Shown piece by piece: positions 48,777 through 58,950 of a stretch of 64,000 bases of DNA. The stretch is from contig JBIQJB010000003.1 in the NCBI GenBank assembly GCA_044507735.1, positions 57,258 to 121,257 of the forward strand, written 5' to 3'. This stretch comes from Nitrosopumilales archaeon (GTDB lineage: Archaea; Thermoproteota; Nitrososphaeria; Nitrososphaerales; Nitrososphaeraceae). Position 1 is the stretch's first letter; each line of letters begins with the position of its first letter. The notes beneath the pieces were generated by a model, which worked only from the letters and a program-made list of their open reading frames with translations, did no database searches and was not told the DNA's origin. The translations under genes and the position numbers were made by a program.

Positions 48777-50224
48777 GTAGTGGGCTCTGCGTGTATAGTC
48801 ACGATCGAGCCAGGAAATCTTGCCCGTATCTGTTTCTCGATATCAGAAACGCGCTCATGTATCTGTTCTATAGTCATCTCGCTGTTGAAGGCGCAATCCG
48901 CATCTATTTTTAGGATATCATCTGCTCTGTACGTGGCAATCTTGCCAACTCTCTTTACGTCGCTGGCTTTGGCTACGATTTCCCTTATTGCATCCCGCGT
49001 GTCAACGTCTGCAACCGGCTCGACTCCACCGATTTCAGGCATCAAGGGTTCAAGGTGGACTGTAATGTTGTCTACATTCTTGAGCCGCGTTTTTATCGCG
49101 TCCTCAACAGAATTTGCGATCGAGTGTGCCTCACTCAGCGTCGCTGATCTTTTGACCTGGATGTGAAGTGATATGCCTATCAACTCGGTAGCTCCGATTC
49201 TTGACACGATCACATTATGTATGCCTCTAACGCCACTCACTCTGGCAGCCACCCTTTCGATCAGGGATTCCAGAGGAAGGTTACTGTCTCTTGGCTCAAA
49301 GTGCACAGTGATGTTCCGGGGCTTGACGTTCAGGCCAGCCCTGGACAGGCTTTCTCCTATGTTGCTCTCTACTTGAGCACTGATGTCATGCGCACTTTCA
49401 AAACTCTTGTCAGAGCTCATCGTGATTGTTGCTTCGACAAAAGTATCCCTTCCTACTCTACGCATCTTAACATCACTGCATTCAAGAACCCCTTCGGTGC
49501 AATTTGCTGCCTGCCTTACTGTTGCAACTAGCTTGGGCGATATCACGTCTGTAAGTTCCAATGCATTCTGGTAGGCAAACCTGCTGCTCAGATATGCAAG
49601 AAAACCTCCCAGTATCATGGCTGCCACAGAATCCCCGTAGCCAAATCCAGCTGTCGCAAGCCAGATGCCTACGAAAGCGACAGTTGTGGAGGCGAGGTCT
49701 GCAAATGCATGGTAAAAGTCGGCTTTCAAAGTGGACAGTCCACCAGTCATTTCAGTCCTGCTCATCGCTCGTCGAAGAACGGTTATCCTGAACCCATCAA
49801 CAGCAAGCGTGTAAAAAATTGCTGCAAATCCCACGGTACCTGCATTCACAAGTGCAGGCGGTCCGGAAAACGCGACTCTCATGGAGGCCTCGTAAATGAA
49901 AAAAATTGCAACTACAAAGAGCGCGATACCTCCGATCAGGCCGCCGATTGTCTCGATCTTTCCGTGACCATAGGTGTGGTCAATATCGCGTGGTTTGAGG
50001 GCGAGCGTTACAGCAATTATCAGTATCGCTGTGACTACAGCGTCCAGCAAGGCGTGGGCGCCATCTGTTATGAGGGCAAGGCTGTTTGTGAGAATGCCTG
50101 CTACAAATTCAAAGACAAAGACAGACGAGATGGCGACGAGCGACAGTTGTAAGGCATTTCTCTTGATAGTTTCAACATCAGATGTTGTTCCCTTTGCCAA
50201 CCGCTCGGCCACTGTTATTGGCAC
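48773..50224 (-). CDS. Cation diffusion facilitator transporter with three C-terminal domains
   Basis: SLALITDGAHALLD, HTYGHGK and HAFAD motifs; three TVH/TIHxEP repeats. Confidence 0.92.
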   Translation of the reverse strand: MPITVAERLAKGTTSDVETIKRNALQLSLVAISSVFVFEFVAGILTNSLALITDGAHALLDAVVTAILIIAVTLALKPRDIDHTYGHGKIETIGGLIGGIALFVVAIFFIYEASMRVAFSGPPALVNAGTVGFAAIFYTLAVDGFRITVLRRAMSRTEMTGGLSTLKADFYHAFADLASTTVAFVGIWLATAGFGYGDSVAAMILGGFLAYLSSRFAYQNALELTDVISPKLVATVRQAANCTEGVLECSDVKMRRVGRDTFVEATITMSSDKSFESAHDISAQVESNIGESLSRAGLNVKPRNITVHFEPRDSNLPLESLIERVAARVSGVRGIHNVIVSRIGATELIGISLHIQVKRSATLSEAHSIANSVEDAIKTRLKNVDNITVHLEPLMPEIGGVEPVADVDTRDAIREIVAKASDVKRVGKIATYRADDILKIDADCAFNSEMTIEQIHERVSDIEKQIRARFPGSIVTIHAEPTT

Positions 50225-50452
50225 AATATTGCGAAATTTGTTATTTAGGCATTTGTGTTTCCACTAGCTACCAAAATTATAATGAGCTAATAAGGCGACC
50301 AAGATCAATATCTAAAGGGGCGGAGAGAATCCAATTCGAGCTGAATTTTTTTCGATTCTTGCATCTGATCTCGACGTCCGTCATTCACCGCAAATTACAT
50401 TGCACCATTACTAAAAGTTCTTAATGACAGGTTTGGAATATAGAGTGGTCAC

Positions 50453-50953
50453 ATGATAACTACCCATTCATACACCAACGATCCGCTATTGGCGGATGCG
50501 CCGCACAAGGATTTCTGGTGTACCAGAGCTGCTTCTGCGTCCAATACACCAACCACTACAAGAGCTGCCAAGTCCATAGGAGGAATCTCTCGGTGTCTTG
50601 AAGGCAAGATAAATGGGATGGCGCTGAGAATTCCAAGAAGCGATGGGTCCAAGGCGGTCATGGGCATGAAATCGACAAAGAATGTCATCAATGATCATGT
50701 CGACAGGAAATCGAAAGATAACCAGGATAAAGAAAAAGAAGACAGTAATGGCGTTATGACATTTACCGCACAACCGTTGGGCTATGCGGATACTGTAGTA
50801 TGGCCGCATTCCTATGTGGACGACGGCCAGAGTCCAAGAATTTTTGGTGACAAGATCGAGGCTATCAAAGTGCCTTCTTATTATGATAACGAGCGGAGCT
50901 TTGCACGCAGGTTTGTCGACCCTATGAAATTTGTTAGAAGCAAGGTGAAATAG
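50453..50953 (+). CDS. Hypothetical protein upstream of mpgP (true start probably ~50660)
   Basis: ORF ends 2 nt before the mpgP start. Confidence 0.45.
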   Translation: MITTHSYTNDPLLADAPHKDFWCTRAASASNTPTTTRAAKSIGGISRCLEGKINGMALRIPRSDGSKAVMGMKSTKNVINDHVDRKSKDNQDKEKEDSNGVMTFTAQPLGYADTVVWPHSYVDDGQSPRIFGDKIEAIKVPSYYDNERSFARRFVDPMKFVRSKVK

Positions 50954-50955
50954 TA

Positions 50956-51822
50956 GTGACTGGCACCAACCATTCCAAGAAGCACGTAGTGGTTTTTACC
51001 GATATTGATGGAACACTGATCGACGCATTTACGCGAGAATACGGAAGATCCACTGAGCTGGTCAAAAGGCTAAGTGAATCGTCAATACCAGTTGTGCTTT
51101 GCTCTTCAAAAACATGGTCAGAGCAGAATGCAATAAGGAACGATTTGGATCTTGAAAGAGAGCCATTCATAATAGAAAATGGCGGAGCCATAGTAATTCC
51201 CGACGGTTATTTTGATGCAGGAGACCTTGACAGGTATGGTGCGCGGTCTGTCAATGGTCATTGGGTGATTGAGCTGGGCAAGCCTTCGAGCCAGATAAGA
51301 AATGCGCTGCAAGAGATTCGCAAGACGACAGGCATATACTTCAAAGGCGTCAGCGACGTATCGATAGACGAACTTGCCAAAATAGTTGGGATGACCCATG
51401 CTGAAGCAGAAAGGATGTCAAGGAGACAGTATGGAGAGACCATCCTGCAAATAGACAAGGAGGAGAAAGCGCGGTTTGAACAGGCGTTGCGCGAAGGACC
51501 TGGCCTGCAAGTAATTCACGGAGGCAGATATTTCGATGTTACAGCAGGCAACGACAAGGGCAAGGCCGTGCAGATATTGAAAGACCTCTACAGGAAAAAA
51601 CTGGCCGGCAGACTGATATTCATAGGAATCGGCGATAGCTCAAATGACATACCAATGCTCAAATCTACAGATGTTGCCATGCTAGTGCAGAAATATGACG
51701 GCACTTGGGCAGATGTAGATATTCCAAATGTTGTAAGACTTGAAGGAATAGGTCCTGCAGGTTGGGAACGTGCATTTGCAAAGATAATGAAGGAGGCAGA
51801 GCGCTTAGATGGTGGCACCTGA
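50956..51822 (+). CDS. mpgP: Mannosyl-3-phosphoglycerate phosphatase (HAD IIB)
   Basis: DIDGTL, CSSKT..E, ENGG, GGRY, DKGKA and GDSSND motifs. Confidence 0.87.
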   Translation: MTGTNHSKKHVVVFTDIDGTLIDAFTREYGRSTELVKRLSESSIPVVLCSSKTWSEQNAIRNDLDLEREPFIIENGGAIVIPDGYFDAGDLDRYGARSVNGHWVIELGKPSSQIRNALQEIRKTTGIYFKGVSDVSIDELAKIVGMTHAEAERMSRRQYGETILQIDKEEKARFEQALREGPGLQVIHGGRYFDVTAGNDKGKAVQILKDLYRKKLAGRLIFIGIGDSSNDIPMLKSTDVAMLVQKYDGTWADVDIPNVVRLEGIGPAGWERAFAKIMKEAERLDGGT

Positions 51823-54412
51823 TAGAATTTTTCTTGTTCCACACACGCACTACGATGCAGTGTGGGCCTTTAACAAAGAAGACTACTACTACATCAATAC
51901 AGAGCTCATCCTCAAGAATGTCATTGACATTATCAAGAAAACTGCAGACTACAAGTTTACCATAGAACAGACCTTTCTCTTGGAGTACATAGAGAATAAC
52001 CACCCCCATCTATTTTCAGAGATAAAGAGCCTTATCGAGAAAGATAGGCTAGCCATAGCTGGTGGACAATACTTGCTTTCAGATACAATGATCCCGCATG
52101 GTGAAGTGCTGATAAGAGAAATCATCGAAGGAAAAAAGTACATCAAGGAAAAATTTGGCAAGAACATAGTCGTTGGCTGGGGAGCCGACGAATTTGGCTT
52201 TAGCGCGCAGTTGCCACAGATACTGAAAGGGTGTGGCTATAGATTCTTTGCCTTCCGGCGAGGTGCCGACTCGGGAAAACCATCAGAGTTTATCTGGGAA
52301 GGGCTTGACCAGTCTCAAATTCTCTGTCACTGGATGCCGCTTGGATACAGGGCAGGGCTTGACCTTACAAAACTTTACAACTCTTATACTGTGCTAAAGA
52401 AGCATGCGGCCACTAGTAACATCTTGATGCCCTCGGGTAGCGGCGTAACGTTGCCGCAGCAGGAGACATCAAGCATAGTGAAGAAATGGAATGAGGAGAA
52501 CGGCAATGTTGCCAGGATGGAAATATCCACTCCACAGGAATTTTTTGTTGCACTTGAAGAATCCGGAGAAGAATTCAAGGTAAGAAAGGGCGAGATGTAT
52601 TCAGGCAGGCTTTCAGAGGTATTCCCTGATTGTACATCATCAAGAGCATGGATAAAACAAGGAGCCAAGATGTATGAAAATGCCATCCTTACACTTGAGC
52701 GCTGGAACACGATTGCCAAGCTGATTCCCGGGTGCTCTGATTTTTCCGAACAACTAGCAAACTATTGGAGAAACATACTGTTTATAGCAATGCACGACGT
52801 TGTGCCTGGAACCGGCATAGACGAGGTGTATAACGAAGTCAGAGAGATATTCCGAAGTTCTGGCGACACCATAATGAAGTCAATTCATGACTGTTTGGTG
52901 TCTATCGCAAGCAGATTGGCCGCCGGAGAAAGCAACAAGATCGTAGTTGTATTCAATTCTCTGTCATGGCAGGTAAAGAACTGGGTCGAGTGCACCCTGG
53001 AATTTGAGGAAGGTCAGATGAAGGGGATCAGTCATTTGCGGTCAGAGGGCGAGACATTCGAGGTTGACATTCTACAGTATTCAATGCATGAAAATGGCAA
53101 TGGGATCAAGAGTGCTACCATTGGCTTCATGGCAAAGATACCGGCTTTGGGCTTTAGAATGTTTGAAGTAATACCCGGCGATGAACGCACGGAGTTGACT
53201 GCCACCCTAGCCTCTGACACATCATTTTCAACGGATAATTTTGACGTGAAAATTGACCCGGAAACAGGAATTATTAGGATACAGCAAGAGGGCGAGGACT
53301 TTGGTGAGGGAAACGAGCTTAGACTCGAAGAGGAGCTTGGAGACCTGTACTACCATAAAGACACAATAGGTCTGATGAAGTCAGAAACAGGCGAAGGCAT
53401 AAAGTATGGTGCTTTCAAGTCAGAAAGTTACGAAGTAGAGAAAGGAAAGACCCGCCACATAATCAGGTTCAAGAGCAAGTACTATGCGCTCAGATGGCCA
53501 TATCGGCTTACCGAGAAGTTCAAGTCAATGATCTACAGACACAATTTTGTCGATATTGAGAAGGAAATTGTCCTCTACCGCGACTTGGACAGGATAGACT
53601 TTGTAACTCGAGTTGACGATCGACACCCTCACTCCAGACTAAGAGTACGCTTTGATGTTCCCGTTGGTCGAGGGAAATCCTACTGGTGCGGAACGCAATT
53701 TGGCGCTATCTCTAGAAAAGCTGACCTCTACTATTGGAAGGAGGAAAAGGGATGGAAGGAAAAGCCCTCAGGTGTTTTCCCATCATTTGAATGGATTGAC
53801 TGCTCCAGTGGTGGTGGCAAGAATGGCAAAGGCATCTCTCTCTTGCATCAGGGAACGCCTTCTCACGAGGTAAGAGACGGCAAGTTGTACCTTACGCTCT
53901 TGCGTAGCATAGTCTTACTCTCAGCTGATGGCACCAAGGGTCCATGCATTCCCACCCCGGACGCCAATGAATTGGGACTGCACACATTCAGGTATTCCAT
54001 CCTGCCGCACAGAAAGAGTTGGAGGGAGGCGGAAACTTACAGGCGCGCAGCTGAAGTGAACTTGCCACTTATAGCGATGCAGTTAAGCGCGGTGCCTGAT
54101 CATGATCGCCGCGAAAGCCAACCACGGATGCATTATTCTTTTCTCGAAATTGAGCCCCGGAACATACTCTTGAGCACTATAAAGTCAGCGGCGCCGGATG
54201 GCAGGAGCAAAACGCCTTCATTGATAGTACGGCTCTATGAAACAGAGGGGCGAAAAACCATCGCACGTCTTCGATTTGATAGGCCAGTGAAAAGGGTTCA
54301 ATTATTGGATCTTCTGGAAAACGAGCTAGACGAAGGGACTGACATTGGACGGGAAACAGTAGAACTTGAAGTGCACCCCTTCAAGATAATCACCTTAAAG
54401 GCTCAGTTCTAG
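51809..54412 (+). CDS. Glycoside hydrolase family 38 alpha-mannosidase
   Basis: HTHYDAVW, ADEFGFSAQLPQI, F.WEG.D, HDVVPGT and LTLLRS motifs. Confidence 0.92.
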   Translation: MVAPDRIFLVPHTHYDAVWAFNKEDYYYINTELILKNVIDIIKKTADYKFTIEQTFLLEYIENNHPHLFSEIKSLIEKDRLAIAGGQYLLSDTMIPHGEVLIREIIEGKKYIKEKFGKNIVVGWGADEFGFSAQLPQILKGCGYRFFAFRRGADSGKPSEFIWEGLDQSQILCHWMPLGYRAGLDLTKLYNSYTVLKKHAATSNILMPSGSGVTLPQQETSSIVKKWNEENGNVARMEISTPQEFFVALEESGEEFKVRKGEMYSGRLSEVFPDCTSSRAWIKQGAKMYENAILTLERWNTIAKLIPGCSDFSEQLANYWRNILFIAMHDVVPGTGIDEVYNEVREIFRSSGDTIMKSIHDCLVSIASRLAAGESNKIVVVFNSLSWQVKNWVECTLEFEEGQMKGISHLRSEGETFEVDILQYSMHENGNGIKSATIGFMAKIPALGFRMFEVIPGDERTELTATLASDTSFSTDNFDVKIDPETGIIRIQQEGEDFGEGNELRLEEELGDLYYHKDTIGLMKSETGEGIKYGAFKSESYEVEKGKTRHIIRFKSKYYALRWPYRLTEKFKSMIYRHNFVDIEKEIVLYRDLDRIDFVTRVDDRHPHSRLRVRFDVPVGRGKSYWCGTQFGAISRKADLYYWKEEKGWKEKPSGVFPSFEWIDCSSGGGKNGKGISLLHQGTPSHEVRDGKLYLTLLRSIVLLSADGTKGPCIPTPDANELGLHTFRYSILPHRKSWREAETYRRAAEVNLPLIAMQLSAVPDHDRRESQPRMHYSFLEIEPRNILLSTIKSAAPDGRSKTPSLIVRLYETEGRKTIARLRFDRPVKRVQLLDLLENELDEGTDIGRETVELEVHPFKIITLKAQF

Positions 54413-55114
54413 CAAGGCATCCTTCATGCGCGGTGCCTCTGCAAGGACCTCGCCATCAGGGTTCACTATCATGCTGGATCCAGCGCTTACAAGGCCGCCT
54501 TGATGCCCGACTGCATCCGCTTTTGCAACATAAACTCTGTTTTCTATGGCCCGGACAATTGGGAAGGCCTTGTTTTTCCTTTCCTTGTATTTTGATTCCT
54601 TGCGGGAATAGTAATGGGAAGACAGGTAGAACAAAACATCAATTTTGTTGAACTTTCTTGGGAGTGACGGATCGTTCTGATCCCTGCATATCAACACTCC
54701 ACAATTGACGCCATTGATCCTGAATCCCTGGACGTTTGTTCCAGGTGAGAAGTATTTCTTGTCATAATCAGTCAGCGTGTGCTTGAAGTATTTCTTGATT
54801 CTGCTGCCCGGCATCATTATCAAGGCTGAATTGAAAGTTCTGCCCCTCCATGGAAGAGAAGTTCCTATGACTATCGCAACTCCAGAGGAATCCGATGCAT
54901 CGCGTAGTTTGACTATTTCACCCGTCACATTACTTTCAACTATCTGCCGGTGGTTGCGAATGTATCCTGTAAGCGCGCACTCGGGAAAGCATAGCAGGTC
55001 GATATTTCTCGAACTTGCACGGCGAATATACTTCAGGATGTTTGCGGAGTTTTTCTTGATGTCAGATGAGATTCGCATCTGTACGACCCCTATTCTGAGC
55101 CGCGGCATTAGCAA
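54395..55114 (-). CDS. Carbon-nitrogen hydrolase (nitrilase superfamily)
   Basis: FPEC.LTGY, K and LICRD catalytic E-K-C triad. Confidence 0.88.
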   Translation of the reverse strand: MLMPRLRIGVVQMRISSDIKKNSANILKYIRRASSRNIDLLCFPECALTGYIRNHRQIVESNVTGEIVKLRDASDSSGVAIVIGTSLPWRGRTFNSALIMMPGSRIKKYFKHTLTDYDKKYFSPGTNVQGFRINGVNCGVLICRDQNDPSLPRKFNKIDVLFYLSSHYYSRKESKYKERKNKAFPIVRAIENRVYVAKADAVGHQGGLVSAGSSMIVNPDGEVLAEAPRMKDALLELSL

Positions 55115-55555
55115 TCATCCTCTGACGACCGTCTAAAATCTTTAGCTATTTGCGATCGGGGCACCAAATCCAGATTCTCGTTTTCAACGATGGTAATCTA
55201 TGCTGGAGAAAGATATCGAGAGAGTCACTGGTAGAGATCGTTGAATCTGCGGTCAGGATATGGACTTACAGCTGTCGTACTGGTATCCGTGCTTCTGTAC
55301 TATGGCTGTGACCGGCCTGTCACAACAACTAAGGCGGGCGGGAGGGATCTCCACTATGCCCACAGGAGAAAATTCTCTACTCGCTACTCGCAATGCGGTG
55401 AAACTGTCTGGATAGTTGACCTAAAAAACTATGAGTGAAACAACCTTAGAGTTAGAAACATCGTTTAAGGGCTGGAATATCAAAAAGGTGGGTCAAGGCG
55501 ACCACCCATCCTACATTCCCAAAACACGAGATTTTCGCGTTGGAAAAAGCGTGCT

Positions 55556-56464
55556 CTAGTCGTATCTGATTGGGATTGTCGCCTTTAGATTCTTGTATCT
55601 GTTTCTGACGGTCACTTCGGTGACACCGGCTGCCTCTGCAATGTCTGTCTGAGTCCTGCTTTCGCCAGTGTTAAGGCAAGCGAGGTACAGAACTGATGCC
55701 GCAAGCCCCATCGGGTCCTTGCCAGCAGATATGCCGCTCTGGGTCACGTTTTTCATGATGTTAATGGCCACGCGCTTGGTGCGTTCGCTCAAGTTGGCCC
55801 TGTTTGCTACCCGGACTATGCATTTCATCGGGTCGATCATTGGAATCTTGAGGTCAAGCTCCATCACGACAAGACGATATATCCTTGCCAGGTCTTTTCG
55901 CTTGATATTACCTATTTCTGCAATGTCCTTGAGCGTCCTTGACGCGCCGGTTTCCCTGCACGCAATGTAGAGCGCTGCTCCGACCATTGCAGATATGGTC
56001 CTTCCTCTGACCAGTCCGCGTTCCTGTGCTTTCCTGTAAATGTACGCAGTCTTTTCGATTACTGCTTCTGAAACTCCAAGTTTGTCCTTGAGCCTGTCAA
56101 GCTCAGAGAAGGCCTGACGCAGATTCCTGTCTGTCGGAGAATGAGCCTGCGAACGAAAGTCCCATGCTCTAAGCCTTCCCATAGTTGAACGCATTGCTAC
56201 ATCAAGTACCCGACCGCTGGCATCCTTGTCTGCTTTACCGATTACCGTAGACAGACCCATATCGTGGCGAGCCAGTGAGCTTGGGATCCCAGTCCTGCTC
56301 CTATCGTTTGCTTCTTCGGATGTGAAAGCTCGCCATTCAGGGCGGCTTTCTAGCGTCTTGTCGAAGAGCACAAGACCGCAATTCCCGCAGATAACTTCGC
56401 CAGATTCCGGATCTGTGACCGTCTGACCGGATTCGCATACGTTACACACTATTGCTGTTTGCAT
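55556..56464 (-). CDS. tfb: Transcription initiation factor IIB
   Basis: Zinc ribbon CNVC...CGNC, PEWRAF, two cyclin repeats and VTEVTVRNRY. Confidence 0.97.
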   Translation of the reverse strand: MQTAIVCNVCESGQTVTDPESGEVICGNCGLVLFDKTLESRPEWRAFTSEEANDRSRTGIPSSLARHDMGLSTVIGKADKDASGRVLDVAMRSTMGRLRAWDFRSQAHSPTDRNLRQAFSELDRLKDKLGVSEAVIEKTAYIYRKAQERGLVRGRTISAMVGAALYIACRETGASRTLKDIAEIGNIKRKDLARIYRLVVMELDLKIPMIDPMKCIVRVANRANLSERTKRVAINIMKNVTQSGISAGKDPMGLAASVLYLACLNTGESRTQTDIAEAAGVTEVTVRNRYKNLKATIPIRYD

Positions 56465-56689
56465 GTTCTATAATGAGGTACCATTATTATGGTGATTCAC
56501 CCTATTAAACACTGCGAATTCTAAGTTTTTACGCGATTTTCTACGCTATACCCTCATAATATCCTTATTATTGTATTATGCGCTGATTTATCAACATTTC
56601 CCCGGATTTTGCTAAATATTTGTATTGCAGAAAATTTGCAGGCAACCACCCATGACAACCGTTTTATCATAACAGCGCATGTATGATGT

Positions 56690-58177
56690 GTGACCAAGAG
56701 GCAGGCCATAGCCAGTAGCGTAACCCGAGCAGGACTCCGATCAAGATTTGGAGAACTGACGTATGGCAACGATGTTGTCTTTACTGTCGACGGCCAGGAA
56801 ACCTTCAAACTAATGTATGAGAAAATACACTTGGCCAAAACCAGCGTTCACATAGCAAACTATGACCTTGATCCTGCTTTAAAATTTGTACGAAATTCTG
56901 ACGTGCTGGACCATCATGACAGCAATCACCGGCACGAAGCGTATCCGCTACAAGATCTCCTGGTTGAGAAGGCAAAGGAAGGCGTCGAAGTCAAGATAAT
57001 AGTTTGGGAGCCGAGACTTGTCTTGCGGATTCTTCCAGGGGCAGATGAGAGGGGTATTGATGGGAGGGCCGATGAGGTAAATGTCATTAATGAAATTGCA
57101 GAGCGGTATGGAATATCGAAAAAGTTGATGCTAAGAATAGACAGCAGCGCACCTACACTCACATCCGCCCATCACGAGAAAATAGTAATAATAGACAACA
57201 AAATCGCCTTTTGTGGCGGACTTGACCTGTCAAATGGTAAGTGGGATACCAGCAGCCACGAGTACGATAACCCACTACGCGATGCAAATTCAGAGCCGTG
57301 GCACGACGTTCACGCGATGGTAACGGGACCTGTCGTTTGGGATCTTGTCTATCACTTCCACCAGCGCTGGTACTATTCTGAATCCAAGAATGTTAAGAAG
57401 GTTAGAAGGTTGAGAATAAGATCAAATTATCCACTGAGGGGAAACCATGGAGGCGTGCGGGCCACAGCGCTGCGCACGTGGAATGAGCTTGACAGGAATG
57501 GAGGCATTCAGGCATGGTATGCCGCAATGTTTCGGAAAGCAAGCAAGAGCATATACATAGAAAACCAATTTCCGTTTCAAGATTCCTTCGCAACCACTCT
57601 GCTTGAAAAAAGGCTGAAGGAAGAACGTCAGCTGAAGGTGATAATAGTCTGCCCCATGGAGCCAAACCTGCCCGGTTTCATCGGCAGCATGATCGCCAAG
57701 ATGAGTGTGAATGATGTCAACGACAACCTTGCAACTCTCCGCAGAGCGGGCGATGGAGAAAGAGTAAGAACATACTCGCTTGTGTCACAGCATCCCACGA
57801 TTGCCACGAAACGCAGGCAGATCTATGTTCATTCCAAGATCATGATAGTTGACGACAAGTGGATTACAGTAGGTTCTGCAAACATTGACAAGAATGGCTT
57901 CAGGGATTCGAGCGAGTTTAACCTGGGGATAACATCTCCCAGACAGGCTTTAGAGTTGAGGACGAGGTTGTGGCAGGAGCACTTGCAGGACGCCACACTA
58001 GATCCAGACTTTGAGCAAGGATTCCATGCTTCGGAAAAAGCCGCAAATGAAAATGGGCGCTGTGTCTCGGACGACAAGATGATTACAGGCCATGTCTACT
58101 ACTATAACTTCGAGGAAATGGGTATGCCTCCACCGTATCCTGAGGCCAAAGGCAGCACAAAGTTTGAGCTGTTATAG
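56690..58177 (+). CDS. Phospholipase D / cardiolipin synthase-like protein
   Basis: Two HKD motifs (HEKIVIID, HSKIMIVD), GSAN, PWHDVH and YIENQF. Confidence 0.92.
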   Translation: MTKRQAIASSVTRAGLRSRFGELTYGNDVVFTVDGQETFKLMYEKIHLAKTSVHIANYDLDPALKFVRNSDVLDHHDSNHRHEAYPLQDLLVEKAKEGVEVKIIVWEPRLVLRILPGADERGIDGRADEVNVINEIAERYGISKKLMLRIDSSAPTLTSAHHEKIVIIDNKIAFCGGLDLSNGKWDTSSHEYDNPLRDANSEPWHDVHAMVTGPVVWDLVYHFHQRWYYSESKNVKKVRRLRIRSNYPLRGNHGGVRATALRTWNELDRNGGIQAWYAAMFRKASKSIYIENQFPFQDSFATTLLEKRLKEERQLKVIIVCPMEPNLPGFIGSMIAKMSVNDVNDNLATLRRAGDGERVRTYSLVSQHPTIATKRRQIYVHSKIMIVDDKWITVGSANIDKNGFRDSSEFNLGITSPRQALELRTRLWQEHLQDATLDPDFEQGFHASEKAANENGRCVSDDKMITGHVYYYNFEEMGMPPPYPEAKGSTKFELL

Positions 58178-58561
58178 ATCTGCAATGATCCGGGCAAGGC
58201 GTGACAGCTGCACTGGCTTTATGAGAGCATAGATTCTCTTGTCGTCAAAGAACTTGTTTTCTGAAAGCTCCTTTCTCACATCTTCATGCGCTGTGACTAT
58301 CAGTATCCTAGCCAATGGATTTTTCCTCAAGATTCTTTCTGCCGCCTCGAGGCCATTCATCGATCCAGGCAGCCGATAGTCAATCAGCACCAGGTCAGGC
58401 TGATATGCATCATAATCGCGTAGAACCTCATTAGCTGTAGGGGCACTAACCTCGATTGTATATCCTCTCTTTGCCAGAAAGTCCCTGTAAACCAGCAAGA
58501 TATCCTCTTCATCTTCAATTATCATTATTGTCTGCACTTTGCCCTGCTGCTTGAGCCCCAC
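58172..58561 (-). CDS. Stand-alone response regulator receiver protein
   Basis: IMIIEDE, DYRLPG..NG, TA and KP motifs. Confidence 0.9.
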   Translation of the reverse strand: MGLKQQGKVQTIMIIEDEEDILLVYRDFLAKRGYTIEVSAPTANEVLRDYDAYQPDLVLIDYRLPGSMNGLEAAERILRKNPLARILIVTAHEDVRKELSENKFFDDKRIYALIKPVQLSRLARIIADL

Positions 58562-58665
58562 GGTACATGAATAATGATTATGGTATTTAACAAGTCTTGA
58601 TTGTTATTGCAGGCGCTATGCATGCTGGCAATGTTCACATAGCTTATCGCCGTACTAGCATACAG

Positions 58666-58950
58666 ATGCCAGTTAGTAGACTGGGTAAAATGGTAAGTGG
58701 CCAAAGGAAGAACAAAGTCTTTCGCACAAGAAGCTGGTCAGAAGCCGCCGAGACCGTTGAAAATGTCCTTGCAAGCCGGTACCTGCTCGGTGCACAAATT
58801 GGTGACTCGGTCACTGTCAGGTATGTACACGAAGAATGGGATGGGCAATGGCAGCATCACTACAAGATCACGGTCAAGCACCTTGACACAAAGTGTGCTG
58901 CTTGTGGATTTTCTCCGGCCGAATGCATCTGCGACGATCCTGTTATCTAG
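58666..58950 (+). CDS. Hypothetical protein with Cys-rich C-terminus
   Basis: CAAC...C.C; TATTTAA at ~58584 upstream. Confidence 0.5.
   Translation: MPVSRLGKMVSGQRKNKVFRTRSWSEAAETVENVLASRYLLGAQIGDSVTVRYVHEEWDGQWQHHYKITVKHLDTKCAACGFSPAECICDDPVI

Noticed and set aside
55140-55550. Short hairpins and ORF 55241-55438 downstream of tfb
   Set aside because: Weak stems compatible with termination or chance; ORF has no features
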